Assembly (NCBI GenBank): GCA_047602905.1
Contig: JBLKOP010000003.1
Coordinates: 15,508 to 79,507, forward strand
Direction of reading: 5' to 3'
Source of the DNA: Candidatus Woesearchaeota archaeon
Lineage (GTDB): Archaea; Nanobdellota; Nanobdellia; Woesearchaeales; SKIA01
DNA: 64,000 nucleotides
Shown here: positions 1-8,361 of the stretch, piece by piece
Numbering within the stretch: the stretch's first letter is position 1
How the letters are laid out: each line of letters begins with the position of its first letter
Translations under genes and position numbers: made by a program
The notes under the pieces: generated by a model
The model's input: only the letters and a program-made list of their open reading frames with translations
What the model was told of the DNA's origin: nothing
Databases searched by the model: none

Positions 1-518
1 TCAAGAATCAAGATTTTTGGCTTATGAATCATCGCACAAATAATATCTAGCCGTCGCTGCATACCACCAGACAAATTAATCGCTTTTGTCTGACGAGCAT
101 GACCTAAATCCATAAGAGACAACAACAAATTAGCGGTGCGAGAATACTGCGCTTTAGAAAGACCGTACAACGAAGCAAAATACTCGATGTTCTCATCAAC
201 AGTCATATCCATATACACAGAAGGGTGCTGGCTAGCAAAACCAAATACTTGCTTAACAGCAGAACTAGGATTACTTACCGGAGTGTATAAATGGTGTTGA
301 TGACCCTGAATAATAGCGCTACGAACAAGGACTTGTCCGCGCTCAGGAGTAAAGAAACCAATCATACTACGCAGAAGAGTAGTTTTACCAGAACCACTAC
401 CGCCAATAAGACCAAGAATCTCTCCTTGCTTAACAGACAAAGAAACATCGTATAAAATAACTTTTTCACCAAGAATCTTCACTACCGAATCAAGTCGAAG
501 AATATCTTTCTCTACCAT
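1..518 (-). CDS. ABC transporter ATP-binding protein (3' end runs off the window)
   Basis: Manual translation: MVEKDILRLDSVVKILG...GEILGLIGGSGSGKTTLL (Walker A)...NLSGGMQRRLDI (signature)...KPKILIL. An in-frame ATG at 527 is an alternative start. Confidence 0.9.
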   Translation of the reverse strand, partial: MVEKDILRLDSVVKILGEKVILYDVSLSVKQGEILGLIGGSGSGKTTLLRSMIGFFTPERGQVLVRSAIIQGHQHHLYTPVSNPSSAVKQVFGFASQHPSVYMDMTVDENIEYFASLYGLSKAQYSRTANLLLSLMDLGHARQTKAINLSGGMQRRLDIICAMIHKPKILIL

Positions 519-550
519 ACCCAACATAATACTTTTCGTAAGGCTTTATA

Positions 551-1081
551 TTAGTTTCTGCGAAACAAAAACGTAATAGCAGCACCTAAGAATACGCACA
601 AAGCACCCAGAAGAATCCAAGGCCAAACAACAGGGTCACTAGAGACCATAACTGCTTGTGATTCCATACGCATAGTATCAGCAGCCATCATCATAGGAGA
701 AGCACTTTCTTGACGCGCAGCAAAAAAAGCGATACCAGCACTCATAAGAGCAACTAATGAGCCACCAACCGCTAACTCAGCAAGACGAGCAGAGGACTTA
801 ACAGTAATAACTACGTGCTCAGAAGCTAACCGGTAGTAACGAACTTCTTTTCCTTTCTGTGAATACGTAAACTCATCAGTAAGCAAAATACCTGCACTAA
901 CAAGCTTTTGCACGTTATAATGCACTGTAGAAGCAGCTAAGTCAAGTTCTTTAGCAATCTCTGACTCGCTTTTACTATCCGCACTCACTGCGTTCATAAT
1001 CTTTTGAGCAGTCTCGTTAGCAAGTAACTTAGCTACCTGAGAAGCTTGCTCTTCTCCAAGAGAGAGTTGTAAAACACCCAT
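551..1081 (-). CDS. ArsR-like winged-HTH regulator with two C-terminal hydrophobic segments
   Basis: LANETAQKIM...SESEIAKELDLAASTVHYNVQKLVSAGIL HTH with wing (YSQKGKEVRYY), followed by two TM-like stretches. Confidence 0.8.
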   Translation of the reverse strand: MGVLQLSLGEEQASQVAKLLANETAQKIMNAVSADSKSESEIAKELDLAASTVHYNVQKLVSAGILLTDEFTYSQKGKEVRYYRLASEHVVITVKSSARLAELAVGGSLVALMSAGIAFFAARQESASPMMMAADTMRMESQAVMVSSDPVVWPWILLGALCVFLGAAITFLFRRN

Positions 1082-1126
1082 AGGCGTTGTAGAGTACGTA
1101 CTCCTTTATAGCTTATACGGATAGTT

Positions 1127-2185
1127 TCAAGAAAGAAGCTTTTTTGCTTGCGCAGTAAATAGTTCTTGGAATTCCTCGAAACGTTCTTTAGGAATCCTCG
1201 CACCAGCAGCAGGTCTATGTCCTCCGCCAGAACCACCAACAAGAGAAGCTACTTCATTAACGACTTCGCCAAGATGAAACGCTCGAGACTGCAAACGAAG
1301 ACTCATCGTAAACGCATCACCCTTATCACGATACACAACAAGAACAGTATCTGGGTGTTTATCACTCACCGCATTACTAATCCAACCAGAAATCCCGTAG
1401 GGGCTGTTAAGAAACACCCAAACAACAGAATCAGTGCTTGCTTGCTTATCAGCTTCAGCAACTAACTCTTCAAACGCTTCTCGTACTTCTGGATGAGGGT
1501 TTGCTAAACTAGCAGCTTCTCTAAGAGTGTTACATTCTCGAAGAGAGGACAAATAGTTTTGTAACGAGTCGTTATCAATTGCTTGCGAGCACTGAATAGC
1601 CTCATTAATCACTCCTATAGGAGAGGAGTAAATGCTTTCTTGAGTACTAAAGCCTTCTTGACGTAGCGCTGTAGTAAGAACTTCAGGAAAGTAGTTTTCG
1701 TTTTTGTCACCAAGAACGCCACTAGCAGCCAACCAAATAAACTGGTCGCCAAGAACAGGTTTAGTGAGGTCGTAAGCAAGCTTAGCAGTACAGTAATCCG
1801 CTCCCTCAACGTTATGGAGTTCTCCAGCGTGAACAAACACTGCATCAGCATACTCCTCTACATGGTGATGATCAAGAATAAGTAACTGAGTAGAAGGAAA
1901 GTGCTTTCTAAACACGTCATAATTACCGTTACTTTTTGGGTTAATATCAGCAATAATTACTCTATCAACACCCTTTGCTGCTCTGTAGGCTTCTTCTGAG
2001 AGAATCTCGCTACGATCAGTGTGCGTAGAGATACTTGCCACTCCACCAACGGCCTGTACTGCATGAAAGAGCTGAAAACCCGCGCCGATACCATCAGCAT
2101 CGCTATCATGAAAGATATGAACAGTCTTATCTTTACAATCCTTAACGAACTCTTGTGCTTGCCTAAACGCTTCTTGGGGAATCAT
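1127..2185 (-). CDS. DHH/DHHA1 family phosphoesterase (RecJ/NrnA-like)
   Basis: Motifs HDSDADG, IIAD, LILDHH, GVLGD and GGGHRPAAGA. Confidence 0.9.
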   Translation of the reverse strand: MIPQEAFRQAQEFVKDCKDKTVHIFHDSDADGIGAGFQLFHAVQAVGGVASISTHTDRSEILSEEAYRAAKGVDRVIIADINPKSNGNYDVFRKHFPSTQLLILDHHHVEEYADAVFVHAGELHNVEGADYCTAKLAYDLTKPVLGDQFIWLAASGVLGDKNENYFPEVLTTALRQEGFSTQESIYSSPIGVINEAIQCSQAIDNDSLQNYLSSLRECNTLREAASLANPHPEVREAFEELVAEADKQASTDSVVWVFLNSPYGISGWISNAVSDKHPDTVLVVYRDKGDAFTMSLRLQSRAFHLGEVVNEVASLVGGSGGGHRPAAGARIPKERFEEFQELFTAQAKKLLS

Positions 2186-2287
2186 AAGCTATAAGAAATC
2201 TTTCTTGCTGTATAAGTGTTACGTAACGAGTTTTTTTTTGAAAGAATTTCGCTTTAGCAAACAAAATGTTTACGTAAGACAAAACCT

Positions 2288-2446
2288 ATTAGTAAGGAAA
2301 AACTTACAGATATCGTTACCGTATCCATAAAAGGACACATAGTCATCCTAAAGATATCTGAGAAAGCACTAAAAACCTATACTATAACAGAATAAGACGT
2401 TATCAACATCGTAGAACGAGTACGAAAGCGTGAACGTAATACCTGA
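2288..2446 (+). pseudogene. Decayed AbrB/MazE/SpoVT-like gene
   Basis: Reads (ATT)SKEKLTDIVTVSIKGHIVI; one extra C would give VIPKDI; in-frame TAA at 2393-2395 is followed by DVINIVERVRK. Resembles the RGQIVIPKDVR motif of 19967..20245. Confidence 0.45.
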
Positions 2447-2489
2447 TACAAACACAACTCTTTAAGAACTCCAAAGACTTACTCTTCTT

Positions 2490-2785
2490 TGTAGTCGTGC
2501 CGTGTAGCTATCGGTACTTGTACTGAGGAACGTCCGCCCACTCATAACGGGTTTCAAGCAGCGGAGACGCAGCAAAGCGAGGCGCACAAGAAAAACAACC
2601 GTGAGCAGCGAGGAGGAAGAGCAGCGAATGCTTAGACGTTGCTGCTTGCAAGGCTGAGAAGCGCGCGCACCCGGAGTGCAACCAAGAAATTTTGGGCTTA
2701 GGCGAATGCTACACAGACAATCCATGACGTGCTACCCGTGCGTACAAGGTGTCTGCACAGAAGGCGGCGTACAGGCACGCTACAC
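2490..2785 (+). ncRNA. rnpB: RNase P RNA (archaeal)
   Basis: GC-rich island with GAGGAACGTCCGCCCAC (CR-I/P4 5' strand, from 2525) and ACAGAAGGCGGCGTA (CR-V/P4 3' strand, ~2757-2771). P1 pairs TGTAG-T-CGTGCC-G-TGTA (2490-2506) with TACAGGCACGCTACA (2770-2784). TTTAAG box at 2461. Confidence 0.9.
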
Positions 2786-2822
2786 AAAACACTTAAAACC
2801 ACATAGGTATTCACAACAAACA

Positions 2823-2981
2823 ATGGCTAAAGACAACAAAGTACGCATGCCTAGCAGTATGGCAGGTATCACGCAGTACTATGACGGAGACCAAAGCAAG
2901 ATCATGATCACGCCTAAACACGTCATGATCCTTATCGCAGGAGTAGCTCTTATCGTACTCGCTTTACACGCCTTTTTGTAA
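2823..2981 (+). CDS. secG: Preprotein translocase subunit Sec61beta
   Basis: MAKDNKVRMPSSMAGITQYYD...ITPKHVM plus one C-terminal TM. True start is ATG 2823, not 2676. Confidence 0.88.
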   Translation: MAKDNKVRMPSSMAGITQYYDGDQSKIMITPKHVMILIAGVALIVLALHAFL

Positions 2982-2983
2982 AC

Positions 2984-3334
2984 ATGATTCCTGGAATGAA
3001 CCCTAAGCAAGTCGAGAAGATGATGAAGCAAATGGGAATGCAACAACAAGACTTAGACGCAATAGGAGTAGAGATAGTACTATCTGACGGTACAAAACTC
3101 GTTTTTGAAAACCCACAAGTAGCAAAAGTAAACATGATGGGACAAGACACGTACCAAATAACAGGCAGTCCTTCTGAAGTAGAAGCTGATAGCATGCCAG
3201 AAATAAGTGATGAAGACTTAGAAACAATTATTTCACAAACAGGCTGCTCTCTTGAAGAAGCACAGAACGCATTGGTGGCTACAAACGGCGACTTAGCAGA
3301 AGCAATTATGAAGCTAAGTGATACGGGTTCTTAA
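2984..3334 (+). CDS. nac: Nascent polypeptide-associated complex protein
   Basis: MIPGMNPKQVEKMMKQMGM...FENPQV...TYQI; UBA-like C-terminus NGDLAEAIMKL. Confidence 0.93.
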   Translation: MIPGMNPKQVEKMMKQMGMQQQDLDAIGVEIVLSDGTKLVFENPQVAKVNMMGQDTYQITGSPSEVEADSMPEISDEDLETIISQTGCSLEEAQNALVATNGDLAEAIMKLSDTGS

Positions 3335-3794
3335 TCTCAGGTGCTTTTCCTACATACATTAGTAAGTCTTGTGCAGGAAGTTGTTTTTCATGAGTAAATA
3401 GTTGTGGATGCGCGTGCCGAGTAGCTTCTTCTAGGCGCTTATTAAATGGTGCGTGAATATAGGCACGATCAAGCCGTACTCCTCGTGCTTGAGGAAATAA
3501 CTCATTAATACCTGCGTCCTTAAAATATCTCTTATCAGAAGGGCTGTGGGCGTTGCTTATTGCTTCAGCAAGTTCCACTAAGAAGTCTACATTTGTTTGT
3601 GAAGAATACTCTCGAGGGTGTAGATGAACTGAGTTACCAAAACCAAATACTCCTGGTTTTACGGTGATGTCTTGCTCAAACAATACATAGATGTTATCTG
3701 AGGAGTTGCGAGGAATACTTTCTACTACTTCGTTTAGATGACTAATTCCTTGAGCGGTGTATGCTTCTTTTGTTAACAAAGCGATGTTTTTCAT
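3306..3794 (-). CDS. Hypothetical protein
   Basis: 162-aa ORF with ATG and upstream TATA-like box; composition differs from its neighbours. Confidence 0.6.
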   Translation of the reverse strand: MKNIALLTKEAYTAQGISHLNEVVESIPRNSSDNIYVLFEQDITVKPGVFGFGNSVHLHPREYSSQTNVDFLVELAEAISNAHSPSDKRYFKDAGINELFPQARGVRLDRAYIHAPFNKRLEEATRHAHPQLFTHEKQLPAQDLLMYVGKAPEIKNPYHLAS

Positions 3795-3902
3795 TTCTAT
3801 ACTACTATAGGGTTTACCTCCCTTATAAACACCTGTGCGTAGTTTTTAGTACAAATAAACAAACACAGTATATTTTATTGTCTAAAAATACAAAAACAGT
3901 TC

Positions 3903-4883
3903 TCACTCTTTTTGCTGAGGGTTCAGAACAGAAAACGGAATGTGATTGTTCTTAACAACATTACCGCCCACATACACCTGATAATCAGTAATACTAAACT
4001 CGCTGCGCAAACGCTCAATAACCTCAGTAAAGTTCTCAAACGTCTCAATACGAACAAACACGTTCTCACGACCAATAACTTTCGTTAACCCAACAACCTC
4101 ATCAACCTCACGAGCAAACGAAACAAAACGCTTCATCTCCTGAGGAGTCACGTGAGAAAACTCAATACCCAAAATAGCACTCTTAATATCAGAGAGCTCA
4201 TAATCAAGAGTAACAGAAAAACCACGAATAACACGCTCATCCAAACAATCACGCAAACAACGACGAACAGTACGAGGATCAAGACCAGCATCCCGAGCAA
4301 GAGAAGCAACTGAAGAGGAAGGATCACTAACAAGAGCAGCAAGAACACGAAAATCATTCTCCCCAATATCAGCAACCTCACGATCACCACTCAAAATAGC
4401 AGAAGAACTCTTCGCAGAAGAATGCAAATAGGTACGCTCAAACTCGTAACGAACAAGAACAGGAAAGATATGCTTGTTCTTAACAAAATTAGAGAACTTA
4501 TCAAGAAACGACGTATGCAACTTATTAAACAACGAAAGATTAGGAACAGTATACTCAACAAGCAAATCAGCACCAAGACGCAACTTCTGAACAAAAACAA
4601 CCTCCTCCTGAGAAACTAACGCATCAACAACAACGCCACGAGCACGCTCAGAAAACGTGGTGTAAGAAAGAAACACACGAATAGTAATGAGACCAAACTT
4701 TGCAGGATCAAGAATAACAGACTCAGAAAACACTCCTCGCTCACGCAAAGAATCAATATGATACTTCAAATTCTGAGGACTCACACGCATACGACGAGCA
4801 ACATCAGCCTGAGAAGCACGAGAATCCATAGACAACTCAGAAATGACACGTTTTTCACGAGTAGACAAAACCATACTGAACAT
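3903..4883 (-). CDS. Lrp/AsnC-family regulator with two tandem HTH-RAM units
   Basis: Two HTHs (DSRASQADVARRMRVSPQNLKYHIDSL; DPSSSVASLARDAGLDPRTVRRCL), each followed by a RAM-like region. Confidence 0.85.
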   Translation of the reverse strand: MFSMVLSTREKRVISELSMDSRASQADVARRMRVSPQNLKYHIDSLRERGVFSESVILDPAKFGLITIRVFLSYTTFSERARGVVVDALVSQEEVVFVQKLRLGADLLVEYTVPNLSLFNKLHTSFLDKFSNFVKNKHIFPVLVRYEFERTYLHSSAKSSSAILSGDREVADIGENDFRVLAALVSDPSSSVASLARDAGLDPRTVRRCLRDCLDERVIRGFSVTLDYELSDIKSAILGIEFSHVTPQEMKRFVSFAREVDEVVGLTKVIGRENVFVRIETFENFTEVIERLRSEFSITDYQVYVGGNVVKNNHIPFSVLNPQQKE

Positions 4884-4970
4884 ACAAACAAAACATACTT
4901 ATAAAGATGACCAAAAATACAAAAAAGCTAAGTTGCTTCTTTAAATTATTTTACACCTTCCTCTTCTTAT

Positions 4971-5426
4971 ATGAATCAACCATTAACCCACCTCAAGCCA
5001 GCAACCTATCAATCAAGTGCAATACTTCTTCGTAACAAGGATAGAATTCTCTTTCAGAAACGAGACAACAACACAAAACACAACCCCAACAAATGGTCTT
5101 TTTTCGGTGGAGGATTAAACCCACAAGAAATACCGCTAGAAGCAGCTATAAGAGAATTCAAGGAAGAAACAGGATACCAACTACAAAACCCTCAACTAGT
5201 TTATTCTTGGAGAAGGCCAAAACAAACGGCAAGCAACGAATACATATTCACAGAACTAATACCAAATAACAAACTGCACACACTCAGACTATACGAAGGA
5301 GCAATGATGGGCTGGTTTACTGAACAAGAAGCAAAACAACTAGACTTCGTAGACATGTACAAACCACTACTTTCAGAACTATACGCATTCACTAATTATG
5401 AACTTATAATGAATAAGAGCGCATAA
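4971..5426 (+). CDS. NUDIX hydrolase
   Basis: Nudix box GGGLNPQEIPLEAAIREFKEETG. Confidence 0.9.
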   Translation: MNQPLTHLKPATYQSSAILLRNKDRILFQKRDNNTKHNPNKWSFFGGGLNPQEIPLEAAIREFKEETGYQLQNPQLVYSWRRPKQTASNEYIFTELIPNNKLHTLRLYEGAMMGWFTEQEAKQLDFVDMYKPLLSELYAFTNYELIMNKSA

Positions 5427-5449
5427 CATAAAAAGCAAGAAACCCAGAT

Positions 5450-5923
5450 ATGCACTTGATGAAAACAATACGCGTATTCGTGTACGGCTCTTTACTAAAC
5501 AAAGAAAGCCTTAAAGAAACAGCGCCACAAGCAAAAATCTTAGGAGTAAGAAAACTCCTTGGCTACAAACGAGTACTGAACAAGCCATCAAAGAGAAGAG
5601 GCTGCGCGATGAACATACAAGAACAAGAACAAACAGAAGTACTTGGAGTACTCATACAAGTAAGCACAGAAGAATACGAAGAAATACGCAAACGAGAAGT
5701 ACTCTACACAGAAAAAGAAATAACACTAAGTGACAAAACAACAGTAAAAACATTCATCTACCTTCAAGAACCAGAAACCTTCAACATACAAGACCCTAAA
5801 CAACAAGAATACCTAAAGATTTGTTGGCAAGGAGCACAACAACACACACAAGAACTCAAAGAAAACTTTCAAGAAACAACAACACAACAAAACACCTCAA
5901 TAAAGAAACACCTATTTAAGTAA
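5450..5923 (+). CDS. Gamma-glutamylcyclotransferase (GGCT/AIG2-like) family protein
   Basis: VFVYGSLL, LLGYKRV, EVLGVL...IRKRE motifs. Confidence 0.8.
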   Translation: MHLMKTIRVFVYGSLLNKESLKETAPQAKILGVRKLLGYKRVLNKPSKRRGCAMNIQEQEQTEVLGVLIQVSTEEYEEIRKREVLYTEKEITLSDKTTVKTFIYLQEPETFNIQDPKQQEYLKICWQGAQQHTQELKENFQETTTQQNTSIKKHLFK

Positions 5924-5943
5924 CAACAAACTCCCTAGAGCAC

Positions 5944-6372
5944 ATGAAAGCCGGTATGCGACAACTAGCAATCGCAGAACACCTACTTAACAAAAGCTAC
6001 CCAGCACTACAAGACCCAAAAATCTTACTTAGTGTACTACAAAACCTTCTTGCAGCCATAGACGAAGCAATCACGCAACACCTACAAGAAGCAAGAAAAA
6101 ACCACGAAATACCTCCGTACAACAACACCCTAAACGGACGACTAAACGCAGCAAGAATGCACTTAGCAAAGAAAAAAAACATCACCAAAGTAGACTTCAT
6201 GATGATAAGTGAAATACAAGAAACCCTATCTGAGCATGAACAAGCACCAACAGAATTCAAAAAAAACAACGCGTTATACATAGCAAACAACGACTTTCAC
6301 CTCACAAAGCTTGACGAGAAGAAAACAAAGACTTATATGTCCAGAACAAGAACCCTATTGACACGGCTATGA
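5944..6372 (+). CDS. Hypothetical helical protein (paralog of 6369..6833)
   Basis: Host-like codon usage; shares (A/V)EHL, (I/V)LL and EF(K/R)(K/R) motifs with the next ORF. Confidence 0.75.
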   Translation: MKAGMRQLAIAEHLLNKSYPALQDPKILLSVLQNLLAAIDEAITQHLQEARKNHEIPPYNNTLNGRLNAARMHLAKKKNITKVDFMMISEIQETLSEHEQAPTEFKKNNALYIANNDFHLTKLDEKKTKTYMSRTRTLLTRL

Positions 6373-6833
6373 ACGAAGAACAACAAGACTTTCTAGACGA
6401 CGCAGTAAACGAACTCAAACGAGTAGAACACCTCGTATTCGTAAGCCTCAAATACACACGAACAGTAGACGTACTCCTCAACATCATCAGCCGACAAATA
6501 GACGGCTACGAAGCAATGTGGAACGCACTACTCACAAAACTCGTAGAAGAAAAAAAGATACCAAGCATACCAGAAGCACCCGTACCAAGAGCAAACGCAC
6601 TCATGCAACACTACATGCAACACCCAGAGATACTTGAGAACGTAGAACTATACATCCTCCTAAGAAAACTACACCGATCAAACCCAGAGCGAGAACAAGA
6701 ATTTCGAAGACACGTAGCAATGAGAACAGTAATAGACGGAAGAGAAGAAGTAGTAAACATAGACATAATAACGCAATACGCACAAATACAAAAAGAATTC
6801 GTTAAATGGCTGTACACATTCTTAGAAAAATAA
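6369..6833 (+). CDS. Hypothetical helical protein (paralog of 5944..6372)
   Basis: ATGA overlap with the upstream ORF; ELKRVEHLVFVSLKYTRTVDV. Confidence 0.8.
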   Translation: MNEEQQDFLDDAVNELKRVEHLVFVSLKYTRTVDVLLNIISRQIDGYEAMWNALLTKLVEEKKIPSIPEAPVPRANALMQHYMQHPEILENVELYILLRKLHRSNPEREQEFRRHVAMRTVIDGREEVVNIDIITQYAQIQKEFVKWLYTFLEK

Positions 6834-6877
6834 CCTCAACGAAGCCCTTATAAATACGGTTTGCTTACCAAAATATA

Positions 6878-7157
6878 ACCGTTTGGCCTTAGGTTCTTGT
6901 ACAAGCAATAGGCGAGCCGCCTACGCGATGAGTACGAGCCACCACCAAGCGATCCAGCCCTCCGCGAGAGTACCCGAGTAAGCAACGGTGAAACCACCAA
7001 GCAAGGACCAAGGGAGTTAGTAGCGAGGGCGTCACCATCACCACTGCATCACCAGAATCACAATCATCACCAACAAATAAGTGCTTTGGGAAACCATTCG
7101 CGAAGAGAGGGGAGTAAACGATTCTTAACACAGCAGCGGTGGGAGAAGAATCCACCA
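6878..7157 (+). ncRNA. Candidate structured RNA or long 5' leader of dnaG (family not recognised)
   Basis: TATA (CTTATAAATA, 6847-6856). Helices 6887-6899/7002-7013, 6909-6923, 6957-6962/7025-7030, TGG-GAAA-CCA (7087-7096) and GGTGG/CCACC (7138-7156). Confidence 0.65.
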
Positions 7158-8357
7158 ATGGCAAAAATTAGTCAAGCAACATCAAAGTACATCATAAAGG
7201 CAAGCATTAACATCGAAGGAGTAGTCGAGAGACCAGACGTAGTAGGAGCAATATTTGGACAAGTAGAAGGACTACTCGGAAGCGACTTAGAACTACGAGA
7301 ACTACAAAAAAGCGGACGAATAGGAAGAATAGAAGTACACGTAGAAAGCAAGAGCGGAAAAACCAGTGGATCAATAGAAATACCTAGCAGCCTAGACAAA
7401 GCAGAAACAGCAATCATCGGAGGAGCACTAGAAACCATAGAAAGAATAGGACCGTGTGATGCAGTAGTAGCAGTAGAAGAAATAAAAGATGAACGAATAG
7501 AAAAAAGGCAGAAAGTCATTAACCGAGCAAAAGAACTCCTCAAAAAAATGAACGACACAGGAACAGAAAGCAGCGAGTTATCAAGTGAAGTAACAAGCGG
7601 AATACGACTCATGGAAATAGGAACGTTTGGACCAGGACTAGCGTGCGGACCAGACATCCTAGAAGAAAAAGAAATCATTTTCGTAGAAGGAAGAGCAGAC
7701 GTAGTAAACCTGCTTAAGCACGGAATAAAAAACGTTGTGAGCATCAACGGAAGCAACATACCAAAAGAAATACAACAACTCAGCAAAGAAAAAAACGTAA
7801 CAGTATTTTGTGACGGAGACAGAGGAGGAGACCTCATCATAAAAGCACTCCTAGAAACATGCAAGATAGACTACATCACCAAAGCACCAGACGGAAAAGA
7901 AGTAGAAGAGCTACAACAAAAAGAGCTCTTACAAGCACTCAGACACAAAAAAACCGTTGATGAATGGACAGGAAAAAAGAGCAGCAAAAAAAGTAGTAGC
8001 AGCAAAAAAACTACCAAAAAAACTACTAAACCAACAAGCAAACAAACAAAGAATAACAAACCCTCTGTAAAACTAAGTGATGAGCAAACAAGCCAATACA
8101 AGAAACTACACAAGGAACTAAAGAAAAACAAAGACGCATACGTACTAGACAAACAAGACAAGATACTAGGAAAACTCGCGATAAAAGACCTAGAAGCAAC
8201 ACTACCAAGCCTAGACAACGTACAAACAGTCATCATAAAAGCAGACGTAGACGAAAAAATTGCTCAAGCAATGAGTAAAGGACGCATAAAAACACTTGTA
8301 GCAAACGGAGGAGAAGAAAACATGCGAACAAACCTCATAATAGCAAAAGACCTCTAA
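7158..8357 (+). CDS. dnaG: Archaeal DnaG-type primase / exosome-associated protein
   Basis: GVVERPDVVGAIFGQVEGLLG, TOPRIM IFVEGRADV and CDGDRGG. Start taken as ATG 7158. Confidence 0.95.
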   Translation: MAKISQATSKYIIKASINIEGVVERPDVVGAIFGQVEGLLGSDLELRELQKSGRIGRIEVHVESKSGKTSGSIEIPSSLDKAETAIIGGALETIERIGPCDAVVAVEEIKDERIEKRQKVINRAKELLKKMNDTGTESSELSSEVTSGIRLMEIGTFGPGLACGPDILEEKEIIFVEGRADVVNLLKHGIKNVVSINGSNIPKEIQQLSKEKNVTVFCDGDRGGDLIIKALLETCKIDYITKAPDGKEVEELQQKELLQALRHKKTVDEWTGKKSSKKSSSSKKTTKKTTKPTSKQTKNNKPSVKLSDEQTSQYKKLHKELKKNKDAYVLDKQDKILGKLAIKDLEATLPSLDNVQTVIIKADVDEKIAQAMSKGRIKTLVANGGEENMRTNLIIAKDL

Positions 8358-8361
8358 GAGC

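Noticed and set aside
2462-2822. ORF 2462..2725 and the N-terminal extension 2676..2822
   Set aside because: They overlap the RNase P RNA and are incidental open frames.
6878-7157. SRP RNA, tRNA or group I/II intron as the identity of the structured region
   Set aside because: No helix-8 AGG..GNRA..AGCA motif on either strand, no cloverleaf, no recognisable intron core, and no interrupted gene.
6889-7164. 91-aa - strand ORF, and the TTG-start extension of dnaG from 7086
   Set aside because: No recognisable protein features; overlaps the structured region; DnaG similarity begins at ATG 7158.
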